From Selaginella moellendorffii (Eukaryota; Plantae; Lycopodiophyta): a stretch of 64,000 bases of DNA. The notes beneath the pieces were generated by a model, which saw nothing but the letters and a program-made list of their open reading frames with translations, had not been told where the DNA came from and did not search any database. The stretch is taken from assembly GCF_000143415.4 (NCBI RefSeq), contig NW_003314267.1:3721363-3785362 (forward strand), in the 5' to 3' direction. How positions within the stretch are numbered: position 1 is the stretch's first letter; every line of letters begins with the position of its first letter. Position numbers and translations under genes: made by a program. Shown here one piece after another: positions 46,160-58,010 of this stretch.

Positions 46160-49100
46160 TATTCCTTTACTAAGTTTCTAATGTATTTTATTTCAAGGTG
46201 AACAATCCGAATCTGAATCAGAGGAGGCGTGATGGCATGTGGCCCTTTGCACTAGTATATCTTAATACCGGTCTGAGAAATAGAATGGCATGTGCCCTCA
46301 GGCCTTTTACTAAATCACCTTTGAAAGAAATGCAAGCCTCTATGTCGTAAAAAAAAGGTACTAGAGAAATTCCTTAATAATATGAATGTTATTTAGTTTC
46401 ATGAAAATACACTAAGGGTCAAATGAGTTAAATGACTTCTCCAGACTAGCAATGCCTCTTGCTACACCTTCACAATTAGATTCGTTAGAAAAAGATAACA
46501 TTGAATAATATCTAAATGTTCTCACCATTAAGTTATATGTCTGGCTAATAGGAATGACATTCATCTTGGAAAGCTCACCACACGCTCAATGAACAAACAA
46601 ATAGTGTGTGCGCGCATGCCATCGCTCTTCTTTAGCTTCAGATTCGGCTTGTTCACCTTGACAATGAGATTTATTATACAACCAGATGGACTCAGTCTGG
46701 ACACAAAGTCACCGCGCTAATCACCATGCCCCAGATATGTCTAGCCCCTGGACAAAAAACATATAATTTCACGTCATTTTCAAATACTTGAAAATTTGTA
46801 CCTAGTCCCATTTTACTGAATAAATCCCACTTTAACGAAATAGAGCTTCTTCTCAATCAAATGGTGTTCCAATATTCATGTCCAGAGTGAATTCTTTTAG
46901 ATAATGATCCCACATTTATGGCTGAGGCATTTTATGTTTTGACATCTTGGTTGGGGATACACCATACCTTCATAAGTGCTTATCATCCACAGTCAAATGG
47001 TTTGGTGGAATAGCTTATTCAGACCTTTATAGGGATGATCATGAAGTATGTGAATTTCAACATTTGGATTAGGATGGTTATTTATTGTCTCTTTGGTATG
47101 TGTATATCACAGGGGTGTGAAGTTCTATTGGTACTTCACCATATAAACTCCTATATAGTCATGATCCAATACTGCCAACGGAGTTAGGTTTTACCTTCAC
47201 AATTGTTGCAGGTTGCTAATGCTAGGTCGTAGGATCAATATTTAATGAGCATTCTTCCACTTGTCTGAGCAAAGTCTGCCAAACACTTGGGCTGTATACA
47301 ATTAGGAAAATAATGGCACTATAACTCCCATCATTGTCCACTTGTGAAGTACAAAGTGGATGACTTGGTGTTACTCTTTTTTCCTCATCTTACGGTATGT
47401 AGTTTATTTAAAGGGCTCCTTGTGCAGTGGAATAGTCTATTTGGGTGTTGAGGCAAATTGGACTACAAGTTTATGAGGTTCAGCATGACATCCAGCAGGT
47501 TGATCCTTCAGAAATTATGCATGTGAAACGGCTGAAACGCTTTGTATAAAGGGATCAAGAACAATTGGCACCACCTATAGATCCACCGATGCCTCCTCCT
47601 GATGTTCTTCTAAATCCCGGCCTATCCATGAGAAAACCCTAACAGTTTCCATCATTTTGAGAGGAGGGGATGATGTGAGGTCCAAGTGTACAGCTACGAT
47701 GTTGTATACCAATATTAGCATAGTGAAATTTTGGTAGTTATCAGATTGGTTTTAATCCAAACCACTCACTCCTGTATATAAACTAGGGTTTTTAGGCTAA
47801 TTAAGATGCACATTTCCTGTATATTCCATGCACTCACAATATTAAATTTATTATTATTACATGAAATCCCTATTATAATAAATGCTATATGTTATTTTAG
47901 ATGTAATTTATAAATAAAAATATTTATCTTATATTAATACAATACCAATATCTAATTCTTTTTTTAGTGTCATGAACACCTCATGTTCAAACATTGCAGG
48001 GCAATAAATCCAAAGTTTAACATTTAGATCCATCCTAAAAAACATACAATATACAAAATACATATGTGTGCAAGGGATTAAAGACTTACCAAAAGTTTAA
48101 CATTGAAAGAAGTATGCAGAAGTGCAACTTGGGAATTGGTTGATTGTGATGTTATAAACCTTCCCATTTGCAGTATTAGTTCCATAATTGAGAATTGTAT
48201 ATTTGTGATGATTTGCTCATATGAGAAATAATTAGAGTCCCCTAATGTGGAAAATGAGTAAACCACAATTTCAGCCAAGTTTATAGTCTTTGAATTGTTT
48301 TCTTATAGGCATTATCTTTAGCCCACCATAAATGTATGAACTTGTACTACTTTTCTGCATCTTTTAAAGTGTTTGCAACTTTTAAATTTTAGCATAATTG
48401 CTTATGCTCATCATGGTATTCAATTCGAATACATTTTTCTGTGTTTTCATATAAACTCTGCTCCCAATAGAAAAGGCAACTCCTCTTTCGGTCGACTAAA
48501 ACCTTGTTTGGACCACTATTGTAGACAATTCTAATAACTTGCTAATTTTCTTATGCTTAATCACTCATAAGTTTAAGATCCTATTCGAACTTAGTATGTT
48601 TTATTTAGTAGTGTCTAAAAAATAATTTAAGTTGGCATATCTTCTCCTTTCATTTCACAAACAACTATTACCATAATAATTATATTGTACACAATAGTAG
48701 TCATTGTAGACCATTCTGGAATTTTTTGTGTATGATCAAAGCACACCCAAGACTATTGGAAATCCATACATAGCTGCATCCACTTAACAAAATCAACTTT
48801 ACTTCCAATACCATCTATCGACATCTTGAAAACATGACATCATTCTTTGGCTTCAACTTGGATTAGTTCTGGAAAAATAATGCTTTGGAAGAAGTTATAA
48901 GTAAACTTATTTTTGAGCTTTAAAATTGTATCAAGACTTAAGGACTTCTCAAAAACAAGAGATTTCCTTTAATTGTTAGAGTGAAAGTGTTATAGTATTT
49001 GAATTGATTGTAAGAAATTTTGAAGAATCAACTCATTTACTACTTTAGTATTTATAACTAGAAATTGAGCTCTTAGAGATTGATTTACTACCTTTGAAAC

Positions 49101-49499
49101 CAATGAACCACATCTAAAGATTCCAAGCATGTCCCACTTGCCACTGGATTATTATACTGATCAATATGAATTGCTACTCTTGTGAACATCACATTATTGG
49201 GGACAATATAAAAGATGTAAGCTCCACATTTTCCATCACATTGTGGAAACTCCTTTCAAAAGTGACATTTTATAAAACCAAGTTGCTCTATAAATATCTC
49301 ACCTCATTTAGGTTGAATATGTAATACACTATGAAACTATTTGCAATTGAACTCTTGAAACCAATCATAGTATGGGCATTTTAAGTTGAAGCATTGAAGG
49401 AATCCAACACAACTACTCCTTCGGACTCTTTTAGCAAAGTAGTTAGCTTTCCAAACCATAGGTTTCACCCAAATATGCCCATCTTGATTTTGGCATATC

Positions 49500-52400
49500 C
49501 CTTTCATGGAATTTTTAGAAGGTGGAAGCTCAAAGACTAAATTTCTATCATAGTCTTCAGGAAGTCCGAATTAATTTACAAGTCCAAATTGATGCAAAGA
49601 GGTTTTTTCCAATCATATGCTATTTGTGTGGGAGGGAAATCATTGACTCAAGGCATAGTTGCTATGGATAAATTTGAATTATTCAAATTCGACTGACAAA
49701 AAGATTTTGAGATACTATATCATAATGGATATTGCAGTGATAGAGTTTCAGGACAAAAATCATATAGCACTCATTATAGCTTTAACTTCAGTAAATAGAT
49801 ATATAGATAAATAAATTTCTTCTCTAGATTTTTTATTGATGTAATTTTTCTTTTGTATGCAATATGAAGATGTAGTAGTCAAAACAACTCTTCCACATAT
49901 GATTATGGCTGTGTGAAAAATTCTTCAAGCAGATGATAGCAAGATTATAGATGAGGAAAACATATATCTATATATGCATCCTACTCAATGTACTTAAATT
50001 TGCTAAAGTATTTATTTTGAGTTTTTTTAACTTATTTAGTATAACATCAATAAAGACTTGGAGAGATTAAGAAGAAGAGCCTCAATATTGATACTGCTGC
50101 TAAAAAAGAGTACAAAATCAAGCAAAAACATATAACAAAGATGATAAAGTAAAGTTGAATAAATAAAGTAAATGGTAAAGTTGAATAAATATCTTGCATC
50201 TGGATTTTGTGGAGGAATGGTTTGATGTTGTGGTGAGCTTCAATATAGAAGATCCACAATATAAACAGTGTATGTTTGAAAAGTTGAATATAATAAATTT
50301 GGCACGAATTTTAAATTTGTACAAGCTAGTAATGTTCAAGGAGTTAAAAACAACTAGTAGATTGTCTAATGTTACCCACTCTTCAGTCTTGACTACTGAT
50401 AAGCTATTTCGAGTTTGGTAGAGGAAAAAAGTGATGAATATCAAGGTGGTGGAAAAAGCAATTAAGTGTGTTAAGAAGATGGATGAAGAACTTTTCTTTA
50501 GAGCAGATCAATCAAAAACATAAAATAGTGTTAGAGTATTATAACAAGTGTAAGCATGAGTTTGGCATTCTATAGATTTGGCTGTAGCTTCAGGTAGTGT
50601 TTAGTAAAGTTGAAATTAAAGAGGAGGATGGTGAAGACCAAGGAGACAAGACAAATGATGTAGTAATGTAGAAAGTTAGCTAGCATCTTGCATATAAATA
50701 ACACTTCCATCACTTTGTACTCTTCAAGTTTTAATTTTCTTTATTTTTCAGGTACTTCAAATTTGTGTGGAAAATGATTCTAACTATTGTTAAGCCATGG
50801 TTGTCCTCTACCTTGCCTATTGTTGCGAATGTGACTGTGGGTATCAAAAGTTATAAGTCGGTTAGTCCTTTTAAATGTTCTTTCCTTACTGCCATGATGG
50901 TAGGAGGTCAGTATTGCTAAACTTTTTTTTAATCTCCACTCAAGCTAGTTGAGAAACTAGTTTTCGCATGTGAACTTTGCCAAAAGAGCATAAAGATGGA
51001 ATTTCTAAGTGTTATTAGTCAAACATGCCAAACACCGTCGCTATCATGCATCTTGTGTTAGTGTTGCTCAGTCCTAAGCTATTTATAAAAAGTGTATAGA
51101 TTTGTTAATTTGGCATATCTACAAAATGTAGAGATTGTCCTGAACACAATAGCATTGGTTCCACATCCAAATTCACAATTTAATGCCATTCCATATTTAG
51201 TAAGTTTTGAGTTAGTCTTAACTCTTGGTAATAAGGGTGGGGGGGGGGGGGGGGCGGGAATATATGTACTTATCCCAAATGTATAGTTGGGTTGTACATT
51301 CAAGAGTCACTCTGTGCTCCAATACCTTTGTTCCTTGGTTACAAGTTTGGGAGTTTGGCTTTGTTCCTTCATTCAGTGGGTTCCACTCCACTATCCTTAG
51401 ACACATAGTATGTGGCATGTAACACATGGCATATAGAGGATTTTGTGGTTATCCTATAGTAAATCATTATAGGATAAAGGGTGAAAACTATGTGTGTTAC
51501 ATCTACCTACATGTATGGGGATGAGAAGTTGCCTAAACATATTAGAGTCACAAACTATGAACAAGAAAACTATCCTTAGTGGTTAGATTTTAGCATTGTT
51601 ATGGTGTTGAAGGTGGAGCAAGAAATGTGGAACTTGCATGTGCAAGATTGGTTCAAGGAGAAGTAATTTGCGACCATTAAACAGTAATTCTTATTGGAAT
51701 TTGATGATGTTGATGAGCTCGCTGAAGTGAAGACACAGTCAGAAAAGAAAAGGAGAAGGTGTGCTACTCAAAAAGCATAAGAGGCATCTACTATATCTAG
51801 TAAGCTAACAAAATTTCTTTTTTTATTTTGTATTTAACGGAGTTTTTTCAACTAATCCTGAGGTGGAAAAAATCTAAGTTTCAAAGAAGAAAAGAAAAAA
51901 ACTTTCTCACAAGCTTAGGTGGAAACTATATATTAATGATTCAAATGAGATGCCAAAAACACTTACCTACCTTGTTGTCCAATATGGAGTTGTGGAAGAC
52001 TTAATCTTCAAGAGGGCTAAAAAATATGTTGATGAGGATTTTAATAAGGATCTTGACACTAGTCAAAATGAAAAAACTCTAGATACCAAGGGTTTTAAGC
52101 AGCATAAGTTACAAGGAGCTGAAGAAGTTTATGTATCGCCACTCTCGAAGTTCCTCTACTGGTGAAATTTTTCTTTTAATCTTTTTTATGCTTATTTATT
52201 AAATATTTTTAGACTTGGTTATCCTTGACTTAGCTTTTAGGATGACATCACAAATAATTGAGATGGTAGAGGTGTTTTCTCAAGCTCACTTTGTCCTACA
52301 TATTGGAGTCACAAACATGTTGGGTTTTAAAGCCAAAAAGCATGTGTATTTAAAATTCTTATATTTCCTGATTAATTATTCATTTTGCAATATAGATCAA

Positions 52401-52760
52401 AGTTATTTCAATGCTATTATTCCACAAAAGAATGGAAGCAGGAAAAAATGGCTTTGCTTTAAAACTTTTCATCAAATCTTCTCCAACATAAATCAACCAA
52501 CATTACTATAGATGACATTGAATGGAAAGTTTAGTAAGTTATTTCTTTTTAAATAAGAAAATACCTTTAATATTTTCTACAAATGACCTCTTTCAAAAAA
52601 GTCAGAAACTTTGGCAAACAGAATTGTGCTACACTTTTGCTATGAAGGTGGTTGTATCCTTGACTTCTTTAGTGACACAAAGGTGTTCTTGGTTGCTTCT
52701 TGAGAGAATGGTCGCAATGCCTTTCAACTAAATTGTGATCCTAGCATCATGCAATGGTTT
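49500..52760 (+). pseudogene. Decayed gene with a beta-class N6A/N4C DNA methyltransferase C-terminus, a PHD-like finger and a possible ParB-like N-terminus
   Basis: 52213: DLVILDLAFR..(W)D (DPPF-like). 52590-52750: FQK(S)ETLANRIVLHFCYEGGCILDFFSDTKVFLVAS*ENGRNAFQLNCD (QKP...LDFFSGTG...GR). 50968-51060: CELC...C...RRYHASC. ~49745: FQDKNH. Confidence 0.55.
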
Positions 52761-54152
52761 CAATGCATTATTATATGAAAGATTCTAATGATATACCACC
52801 CCACACAAAGGTTATAGTTTAGTTTATGGAGAGGCATTTGGAGCATTATAACATGCACGTTAAAGAAAAGTTAGCTTTCATGTCAAAGCTCATTGGTGAT
52901 CATGCACAATAGAAGAAGAGAGAAAGGCAAAAAAGGTGAGAGAGAAAAAGAAGCAACTTAATTATTCTATATATACGGATTATGTATAATTTAATGTAGT
53001 TATAATAATATCTAATACTATATAATAGTTTATAGTTCCAATATAAAGTATAGTTGTAGTAATTACATGATTTAAAATATAGTTTTAATGACAAATATTA
53101 AATTATTACAAAAGAATATTCTTAGTATATTTGAAAACAGATGGTAATATTATTGAAAGTATTCTTTAAACAGTAATGCATATGGTAACAAAATATTCTT
53201 TAGTCAAAGTGTTTTGGCTCCCTTGACTCCCCATTGACTTTGCTCCCTTTTTGCCAAGCCCTGGAGAAACGGGGTCGAAATACCACAGTATCTTCACGAA
53301 GCTGGCTACACCAAGAGTGGAAGGATCGGGTGCACTCAACCCCGGAGTGTGGCAGCGATGAGTGTGGCGGTGGAGGAAATCCAGAAATCTGCAAGGCAAG
53401 AATATAACAACATTGGGGAGAGAAATTGCTATACGCTCACCTCAGCACTGGATGCCTAAAGTCCATGTTCATCAGGTTGAAATAGAGAACCAAACTTTGT
53501 CTGGCGTAAGTTCATGTTCGACCTGTGTACTCTTTCTCGTTTGCCTGAGCTTGCCTCCTTGCTGTGCTAGACTTTCCAAATAGTCTTCCACGGAAGTCTA
53601 GTTCATGGGAGGCTAAGGCTTATCTGCTCAAAGAGATGTTCCAGACGTTTGACTCTTCTCCTATACAGCAATAAAACAACAAGGGTTTTGATACCACGAA
53701 AGTCTTGGCAACAAATCCTCACCTATCAGGTTGCCTTGAACATCTTGCCTGGATCAATCAGCCAGTTCAGAGATGAGAGAAAGAGATAGAACAGAGAAGT
53801 AGAGTACCGTCTTTGCTTGACTAGCATAGCTCGTTTTTGTGCTCCACCACTCGTTCCAGATCAACAGGAGTGTCCGTCTTCCATCACCATGTTCCCAATG
53901 TGTTGCCACAATTTGTGACTGGACGAGAAAGAAAAAAAATCACAGAAGAGCAAAATCCTTGAGTGTAAGATCATCTTCTTACAAATACGAAGATGCAAAG
54001 CTTAGGCGCAGTCAAAGCTAGCGGACCCTTCGTCCTTCGAGGACATAATTTCATTTCTATTTTATATCTTATGACCTCGTGTGATTTTTGAAGGGATATT
54101 CTTGTATGACGTTGTAGCAGTCAAACAGGGACCGACTCTCCAAACAAAGAAA

Positions 54153-54474
54153 CTAGAGAAACTAAAAGAGATCAACCTTTGAACCAGCAGAACACACTAC
54201 AAAACACCATGCACGCTCGCACCCGCACAACCACTTGCCACGCCAGCACTCGGTTAGGGTTCACTAAACTGCAGATTGACATCTGAAGGCCAAATTTAAA
54301 TCTAAGCCATTCATTTACTACTTAAGGTTTTTAAGAGCTCGATCTAGTTTGGTCTAACCCTAACCGAGTGGGGAAGATAGGAAGAGAGAAGTGATGAGTG
54401 CTGGGTGTGAGCGTGTGAGGTGTTTTGTAGTGTGTTCTGGTGGTTCAGAGGTTGATCTCTCTTAGTTTCTTTAG
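54153..54474. repeat. Fold-back (MITE-like) element with ~110-bp inverted arms
   Basis: CTAGAGAAACTAAAAGAGATCAACC...CACTCGGTTAGGGTT is mirrored by AACCCTAACCGAGTG...GGTTGATCTCTCTTAGTTTCTTTAG. Confidence 0.75.
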
Positions 54475-55171
54475 AAAAGCATTCATGTCCCCTATTTTGG
54501 TGGAGTTGAACATTGCTGATGCTCTCACAAGCATGAGCAATGTGTGGCTATCCATTTTTGGACCATTTGTGGAAGTTTGAAGATTGTTAAATTGAGCATT
54601 ATGAGTGGTTAGCAATGTAAATAGAGTTTTCTTTGTGTGGCATCAAAGACTTTTAGTGAAAATGCTAAAGGCATTGCTAGAAAGTGATGCAGCAAATAAA
54701 ACAAAGGCCTGATTTTTGAGGCATAGCAAGTGAACAAAACAAGAGAGCTGTTTGAACAACCCCATGTGTGTGAGAGGAAAATTATTATGGTTATTGTGGC
54801 TAATGTTGTAGCATGTTAACATTTCTTTCTTAGGGGACTAGCAAGTACTAAGGCAAATGTTACTTAGATGTAAGGAATGAGGGAGAGAAAATCCCAAAGG
54901 TTGTATTGTTGAGTAAATTGTTACAAGGCCAGGTGGGCAAATTATAATGGCTTTGAAATCAACAAGTTATGGTAGCTCAAAATTCTTTCAAGTTTACTTT
55001 TGATTTTAATGGTTGGGTATCGTGGCAAAATAAGAATGAGTGTGACCTTATATTGTAAGTGGATGTTGACTTGGCTTGGAGCATGAAAGGAGGAAACATG
55101 CATAATATTGTTTCCTAGTAGAGCATGGTACAGTCTGTCTTGTGTTTAGTTTTAACAGGGGAAAAACAACT

Positions 55172-55720
55172 TGGTTTGTTTTGGCTTAAAATGGATTTAA
55201 TTGATAGACTAGTCTTCCATATGCGTGCTGGGGCAGTCGGGCCTCTGGATCTCGAGGGGTGGCGGCCGGGCGAGGCCGTGCGGCGATGATCGAGTCGTGC
55301 TGAGACGCTGCCGGGATCGCGAGCGCCCGCGCGACGGCAGCGCGAGAAGGCCCTATTCGATTCGGTTCCGAAAAGACTAAACTCAAGTGTATGCTGCTGT
55401 CTCGGCGTCGACGAGGCTTGTCTCGACCGACCTCCTGTTCGGGCTGATGATGGACATCAAGTTTGCTTCCGGCAAGATCTCAAGGTGCTGACCTCCATGG
55501 ACGCCGAGTACTTTGATGACGCCCTGATGTTTACCATTCTGGGAAGGTGATATCTGATGTTCACCAAGGCTCCGGAGGCCGTACTTGGACGCTGCCGTTG
55601 TGACGGTGCTGCAAATCCACATCACGCAGCCCCCCGGCGTGTTTCTGACAGAGATCGAGGCAGCAGGTCCAGCTGATCATCTGTCCCATCTATGCCAACC
55701 TTTTCCTTACCAACTGATGG
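55172..55720 (+). pseudogene. Second degenerate DEAH helicase fragment (helicase core), sharing its 5' block with 21368-21575
   Basis: TDLLFGL, DLKVL, MDAE.YFDDA, FTKAPEA, YLDAAVVTVLQIHITQPPG, EIEAA, LIICPIYANL; 55172-55349 duplicates 21368-21575. Confidence 0.72.
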
Positions 55721-57679
55721 TAAGGAAATATTTGCCGCAGCAAAGCACCACATTGCTTCTATGCAAGGTGGTGGACGCCTGCATAATAGCTCTAGAAGCT
55801 TTTTTACGACCTTCAACGTTCCTTTCAGCTCTTTGCGAATCCGGGAAGAAATCTCTTACCACTTCTTGCATACGCACGAAAGAGTTACACTTGGCATTTC
55901 TATCGTTTCTGGTAGCACTGCAGACTCGAAGTTTTCTTCCATCAACAGTTTTCTCACTTTCAACCTGAAGAGACCCAGTACAATTGAGCGCTGACCGCCA
56001 GAGTGGAATAGTCGCAAACATCAAGGGTATCCTCACCACCAAACAGCTTTTCGTCTGACTTGCTTCCCATCAAAGCTTGCAAGAAAAGAGCAAGGGACAT
56101 GGTAATTAAGTCACAAACCAAAAGGCGTCTTCTATGTTGTTTCAAACGAGGAAGAAGTCCAAGTACTTCCAAAATTGAATCAGATGCACCGATTACCTCC
56201 ATTGTGAAGAAGAGCCAGTGAAAACGTCACAGAAGCCACAATAACCCTGTCGCTATCAGATATAACATGCGACAGCAACGACATTAGCAGGAGCGTTGTG
56301 TTTTTACGAGTAAAAACATTGGACACAAAGAGATGCCATTTTCCCGAGGCCTGAAGCACTCAAAAGGCCGTTCCGATCAAGAAAGGATTCACAAACGAGC
56401 GCAAGAGTACTATTTGCCAACGGTTTGGGTCTGATGAGGCACAAAACACGAGCAAGCAGATAGAGCGCAGAGAGAGGAATTTGCTGTAATCGCCAATGAT
56501 CAAAAGAAAAAAAAAACAACATGTCCAGCGAAAACGCCAGCAGAGACAATATCGTTGCAATAATCAATGATCTCCTCCGCGTCTGGTATACATCCTTCTA
56601 GTCTTGATTTACTCTGAAGTGGCTCATGATCCCTGGAAATGCTACTACATAGCAAGACATTTACAACTGAAAAAAGTCGTACCTTTCGGCATCGGCCATT
56701 AACGCATGCATATTTTCTTCATAATGTATCCCACACCCTTATCGCTTACTAACAAGAATGCAGCGCAAAGCACGAACATTATATGTTCAAAGTGAGGGTT
56801 CGTACTGCTATTCGCACCATACTTTCTTCGTGCCGAAAGAATTTGATCCCTGGGAACTACACCTGCAAGAACGCTCTACACTCGTGTTATCAGAAAGCGG
56901 AGCCATTTTTGGCTGTTATGAAGAAGCAAGCTTTGTGCTGCTTGTTCTACAAGATTTTCAAAAATAAAGGCAACCAGAAAGTCGGTGGTGTATTTACCTT
57001 AAAAAGGACATGTAGTTCTTCGTCCCGGAAGTCATAGAGAGTGGTTAAGGTACATTAATAAATATATAGTCTGCCACACCAACATCAGAAAGTAAGGCCC
57101 TTTCTTTGCAATCCCATCATATAGAACTTCCCTGTACAATGGAGAATCCCTGGGAATTCTGGGGTGTAACTAGAAGCCACAGGCTTCCACTAAAGGACTT
57201 GGCACAATGTTGAGTGCATACTCTGGGTTGAAAACATCCAAACATTTTGCCGCAGCCCTGCCATTCCACATTGGATTTTGCAGATCACAAATCAGTCAGC
57301 CAGTATGATTCATCTTGGGGTAAGGAGATCAATCAGATCAAAAGAAAGGGTTGTGGAGATTTCGTGTGCATGAGCTAGTGCTTCATGCTTAGGTGTGAAG
57401 ATGGTAGTGGAAAGCATCCAATTGCGAAAGATTTGATTGCAAGGGTTACTTATTGGCCTTCTAGTTATTTAAATAAAGTTATATATATATATATATATTC
57501 ACAAATTTGGCATTTGATCAATTAAAGTTTGCATTCTTCCTTGCTATGGTCTTTATTTTGTATATAATGTATCAAATCTTTTATTTGAGATTGATTTGCA
57601 ATTTGAGGCTTTTTAGACGATTCTATAGGAGTTGTCATTTTGTTTGACTTTACCATATTTATCATGTCACATTGTTTTA

Positions 57680-58010
57680 TGAGATTTTAGTAAGAAATTA
57701 TGGTTTTTTTCAAGTCATCAAAATTTACATAAACTCTCTTTATCCCATGTTCACAATAAATTTTCTTGAAACCCTGTATATATAAGCATAAGTGCATTTT
57801 GTTTGACACTAAGTCTTTAGAATAAAGTTTATTGAATTGAGTTATATATTCCTTGATTCTTTTTAAATTTTCCTTAATGAAGCTTTTGCAACTTATCATA
57901 ATTTTCTCCTAGGTTCATTTCCATAGAGAAAGCTTTAAGGAAAAACTTTATCTACTCATTAAATATGCCAAGTTTTTTTATTGTATTGTCATAGTACCAA
58001 TTTTTGGCTT
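57680..58010 (-). mobile_element. Decayed retrotransposon gag-like remnant within an AT-rich degenerate block
   Basis: WY....FFLKAFS...IKEYITQFNKL...YIQG pattern across stop codons. Confidence 0.35.

Larger units (their letters stand above)
34301..46848. mobile_element. 12.5-kb TIR DNA transposon, Sola-like, with a divergent cargo gene
   Basis: Perfect 24-bp TIRs AAGCTCTATTTCGTTAAAGTGGGA (34301-34324 and 46825-46848); 4-bp TSD CTTC; interrupts the integrase of copy 2 cleanly relative to copy 1. Confidence 0.93.
27387..47838 (+). mobile_element. Older, heavily mutated copy of the same gypsy family (copy 2) hosting nested insertions
   Basis: Decayed 5' LTR 27387-27530 with PBS remnant; 3' LTR 47674-47838 preceded by a PPT; ATAT on both flanks. 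The internal sequence is colinear with the reverse complement of copy 1 once the inserts are removed. Confidence 0.9.

Noticed and set aside
34687-46621. 22-bp palindromes read as a CRISPR array
   Set aside because: Spacing is irregular (tens of bp to kb), there are no cas genes, and the context is eukaryotic and intronic.
53166-54021. Exon-like fragments with splice signals
   Set aside because: No family could be assigned and no consistent reading frame built.
55720-57400. Possible spliced gene remnant on the minus strand
   Set aside because: Frames are broken and no motif was recognised.
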